A stretch of DNA of 64,000 nt. Origin: Amoebidium appalachense (taxonomy: Eukaryota > Protista > Ichthyosporea). A program made the position numbers and the translations under genes. The notes below the pieces were generated by a model. The model ran no database searches. It was not told where the DNA came from and saw only the letters and a list, made by a program, of their open reading frames with translations. Within the stretch, counting starts at the first letter, position 1. Each line of letters starts with the position of its first letter. Below are positions 60,238 to 64,000 of the stretch, in pieces. The stretch spans positions 5,276,245 through 5,340,244 of the forward strand of contig CAVNZM010000009.1 of the NCBI GenBank assembly GCA_963693365.1, in the 5' to 3' direction.

Positions 60238-61496
60238 GGGAGGGAGTACAGAGACAAAGGGAGGGAGAATTGAGTGCCTCTGGCCGCATCTTAATGTTTT
60301 TGAGCTGTGCGAATGGATATTTATTTGCTCTTTCACTGACACTCTCTCTCCCCCCTCCCTCCCCCCCCCTCCTCCCCGCCCCCCCTCCCCCCCCCCCCTC
60401 CCCCCCCACCTACCCAAACACCCGCCAATTAATAGAGGACATACCGGATATTGACGATGTCAGCTACGGGGACGAGGAAGCAGATACAAGTGCAACACAC
60501 GAGGAGGCTGGATCAACTGAGGGGAACCTGCGGCGCTTTAACATTGTGGGTGAGGGGGTGGAGATGTGGGTGGTAGACGACTATATGGGTTATCCAGGTG
60601 CAAACCCCCCCCCCTCCCCCCTCCTCTTGCGCCCGGGAAACACACACCACACACACGCACGGCCGCGTACGCACAAACACATACACGCTTGGAAGTACAT
60701 GCGTACGCACAAACACACACATGCACTCATGCACGCACCTACGCACACTCACACAAGCGAGTGCGGACGCGGGTGCGTGTACGTGCACGCGCACAACACA
60801 CGCACAACAAAATTGCGTCGAGCAGGCATAAGCAAGCATGCGCGGGCGCAGACACATACATACGTGTATTCTTCGTGTTCTCAACTGTTGTATGTTGATA
60901 CCAAGTGGTTCCGAACTTCGTTCGAGTGTGACTTTCTTTAGGTCGTGATGCTTATTACGCAAAGCAGTGCATGCATAAGAACCGATTGATAATTGCAGCC
61001 TGGTTGTGTAACCTAAGACTAATCATGTGGGCGACATCTTAAGTACGTGTGGGCGGGCAAGCATTCACATGCATGGAGTGCTTTCCCGCCCACACATACT
61101 CATGTCACACCCGTTCCCTGCATAGGTTCCAGAGCCCTTCTTGTGACGCTTTACTCCTTGCGTGTGGGCTCTTGTTTCGTTTACATTCACAGCTTAGCGT
61201 TTACCTTCCTTCGGCCAAAAAGGCAAAATATTTAGACAAAACCAGAAACATAACATTAATCGATATTGTATTACCTTTTGATATTGGTATTTATTAATCT
61301 TGTACTGTATTGACACATGTTCGTGCATGCATCCATACAGTGAAATATGTCCTTGTGCAGAGCCAAGACGTGTCTCTGTCCGAGAGAAAAGGGCCATGTA
61401 GTGATTGCTTCGAGGTGATTTCACGGTCACATTTGGGTGAGCCGACGGAGAGCAAAGCTCCTATGCTGGTGGTGGTGTGCCGCATGGACACGGATA

Positions 61497-61549
<53 letters not shown>

Positions 61550-61583
61550 TGTGGGTGTGTGGGTGTGGGTGTGGATGTGTGTG

Positions 61584-61664
<81 letters not shown>

Positions 61665-63946
61665 GCTTACACGCTCGCGCACGCGGGCGCGTGCATGTGT
61701 GTGTGTGTGTGTGTGTGTGCGTGTGCGCGCGCGCGCGTGCGTGCACACGCACACGGGCGTGTGCATGTGTGTGTGCGTGTGTATGTGTGCGCGTGCGCGT
61801 GCGCGTGTGCGTGTGCGTGTGTGTGTGTGTCATTGTGTCTAGTGTCTATGGGTATGTGACTGAGGGTGTGTGTGTACGTGAGCACATGCCTGCGTGCCTG
61901 CGTGCTTTGTTTTTTTTTTTGTTTTTTTATATTTTTATTTGTTTTGTTTTTTTTGGGAGGGGGAGGGGGGGTTTTTTGGGAGGGGGAGGGGGGAGGGGGG
62001 AGGGGATGGTGGGTTGGGGAAGGGGGGAGAGGGGATGACCAAATATCCTTTTGAGTTGATAGGGTGGGGTGTGTGCCGGTTGTATGAGCAAACACACAAT
62101 GGAAAATTCTATATGCTGGTTTGATATACCTGCCGCGCTTTTACAAAACTTCTGGCCTGTATACCCTTTTCCTTTTGCCTTTACCAGGTGCGTCTGAGTC
62201 GCACCCTCACCGTGTGTGTGGACCTCACCCACTGCCAGCTGGAGCACCGTGTGACAGCAACCCCCCTGGACTCGTGGCTGTTGCATCTATTGGATGTGGC
62301 CGATGTGCCTGCAACAATATATCCTGGGTGGGTGTCCCATGCTGGGCCGGTGTGGTGGGTGTATAATCTTACATTGAAGGTTGAAAAGGGATAAAATATC
62401 TAGGGGAAAGTTGATGATTATCTTCACGTTATCGACTATTTTTTCATTCCTCAATGGCATGCTTGGGATTTTCCTTGTATGTCGATGCCCAAGAAATGGT
62501 CAATCCCATATATGGTCAAAACCACTCAGTGCACTCGCTTTTATCTGTATAACCAGCCGTGAGCCAGTGAATGACGTCAGTGCATACGTCAAATTTGACA
62601 TCACACCGAGAAAGGCCGACATAGACCTTGAAGAATAGAAACCAAGAAGCCTAATTTGTCGATTTTCCATAGTAACGTAAGAGACTTTTTGCATACAATA
62701 ATCACTGGATTAATTTTTCCCTGCGACTGACTGTGTGCATGCAGGGTGGTGTGCATGCAGTGGCTGCACAGTGTCTATGTCAACGTCAGGCACTCAGCAA
62801 TCTCCTACCAGCCCCTATACGACCCATCTGCTGCAGTCATTTCGATCGGTTTGTCCCCTCCTCCCCCCCCCCCCCCCCCCCCTTCCCCCCCCCACCTCCC
62901 CCCCGCCTGCCTGCCCGCCCACCCGCCCGCTCGCCCCAACCTCTGCCCTAGCCCCTGCCCCGGTTGAGGTATTTGCACATGCAAAACATGTCACGATGAT
63001 GCACGAACACAATCTGACATTCTCCACCCCCACCCCCAACAACACAAGGACACCACTTGCATATGTAAACTTGCATCACCCGTACATACACAGCCCCATT
63101 GCTCTCCCCCCTCCCCCTTCCCCTCCTCCTCCCTCCCCCCCCCCCCCCCCCCCCCCCCGCCCCTCCTCCCCCCTCCCCCCCCCCTCCCCCCCCCCCCCCC
63201 CGCCCCCCCCTCCACCTCCGCCCCTCCCTTCCGAGTCATCGAGTCATAAGGACACAACTCGCACGAATGAAATGCGCACGCGTAAGCGCAGAACCCCCAT
63301 ACTAAGATACAACAGCACACTGTCAGTGCACAAGCACAAACCCTGCACACACAGCTACATAAAAAGAACAGCGTTGGGTTGAGGCAAGAATGAAGGGAGA
63401 TGAAGCTGATACTTTTATATGCAAGCCTGCATTTCGTGGCCTGACGTTCATTGTTGCCGCCAGCAAAATAGCAGTACGACATTGGACACCAATTGGGATT
63501 AGTAACAGTCTATCCTTAAATATCGTCAGATATCCTTATGTTAGTAACACGAAAAACACCTCGAAAAATGGTCATGCAGAAATGTCAAGTTAGCCGTTAA
63601 TAGGCTACATCATTCCCTGCTCCCACTGCATGCAGACCATACACACTCACCCTCTCTATGGCCCTACAGGTTGCCTGCACATGACCACCAACACTGTGCC
63701 CCATGCCACCTCCCTTCTGCTGCAGTTTCTGATCCGCCAGGCTGCCCTCTACATCATCAATAGGCCACCCAGCCCTGTGGTCCCACTACAGGCTATCACG
63801 TATTACATCCACCCTCCTCCCCCCTCCCCCCCCCCCCCCCCCTCCCCCTTCTTCCCCCCCAATATCACCACACACACACACACACACGTGGGCGCTGGTG
63901 CGCGTGCGCACACACACACACACACACACTGGGTCCCCCCCCCCCC

Positions 63947-63985
<39 letters not shown>

Positions 63986-64000
63986 ATGCGTCCACACACC
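47749..64000 (+). CDS. ATG2: Autophagy-related protein 2 (Chorein-N lipid transfer protein), multi-exon, 3'-partial. Approximate exons: 47749-47904, 48775-48942, 49403-49551, 50376-50642, 51272-51636, 52467-52690, 53184-53322, 54188-54762, 55352-55478, 55751-56310, 56931-57042, ~57684-57886, 58555-58657, 59529-59802, 60436-60597, 61126-?, 61361-61498, 62188-62327, 63670-?
   Basis: N-terminus LQKRLAKFVLERLLGPYLVEELNIEQLQLDLSSGRLELKDLHLD and GHIGSAQVTVPWRDL are typical of the ATG2 Chorein-N domain. Also GLAMLKRVAETVLAKI and the PSPFS motif. Internal exon boundaries are approximate. Confidence 0.85.

Overview
Intron-rich eukaryotic genomic DNA, probably a unicellular opisthokont. This is inferred from a nuclear, presequence-bearing ATP synthase alpha gene, GT-AG introns with CTRAC branch points, and an animal-like NFRKB. 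The left ~23 kb is a retroelement-rich block. It holds the 3' half of a Ty1/copia element, a 3-exon GT61-like glycosyltransferase gene, two LINE 3' fragments, and an inverted relic of two NFRKB exons. That relic abuts a LINE, which in turn carries a 260-bp solo LTR and a young full-length copia element, each with its target-site duplication (TSD) intact. The right ~41 kb holds three spliced housekeeping genes: NFRKB/INO80G (minus strand, about 21 exons), ATP synthase alpha (plus, 9 exons, one GC-AG intron) and ATG2 (plus, runs off the window). Introns are full of poly-G/poly-C and (GT)n/(CA)n tracts, so most short ORFs in the ORF track are spurious. The most notable oddities are a palindromic minisatellite built from copies of a real splice donor, a duplicated hairpin-forming intronic element, a variant half-tRNA-type primer binding site (PBS), and triple polypurine-tract (PPT) motifs shared by both copia elements. 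All assignments were made by eye; no searches were run.
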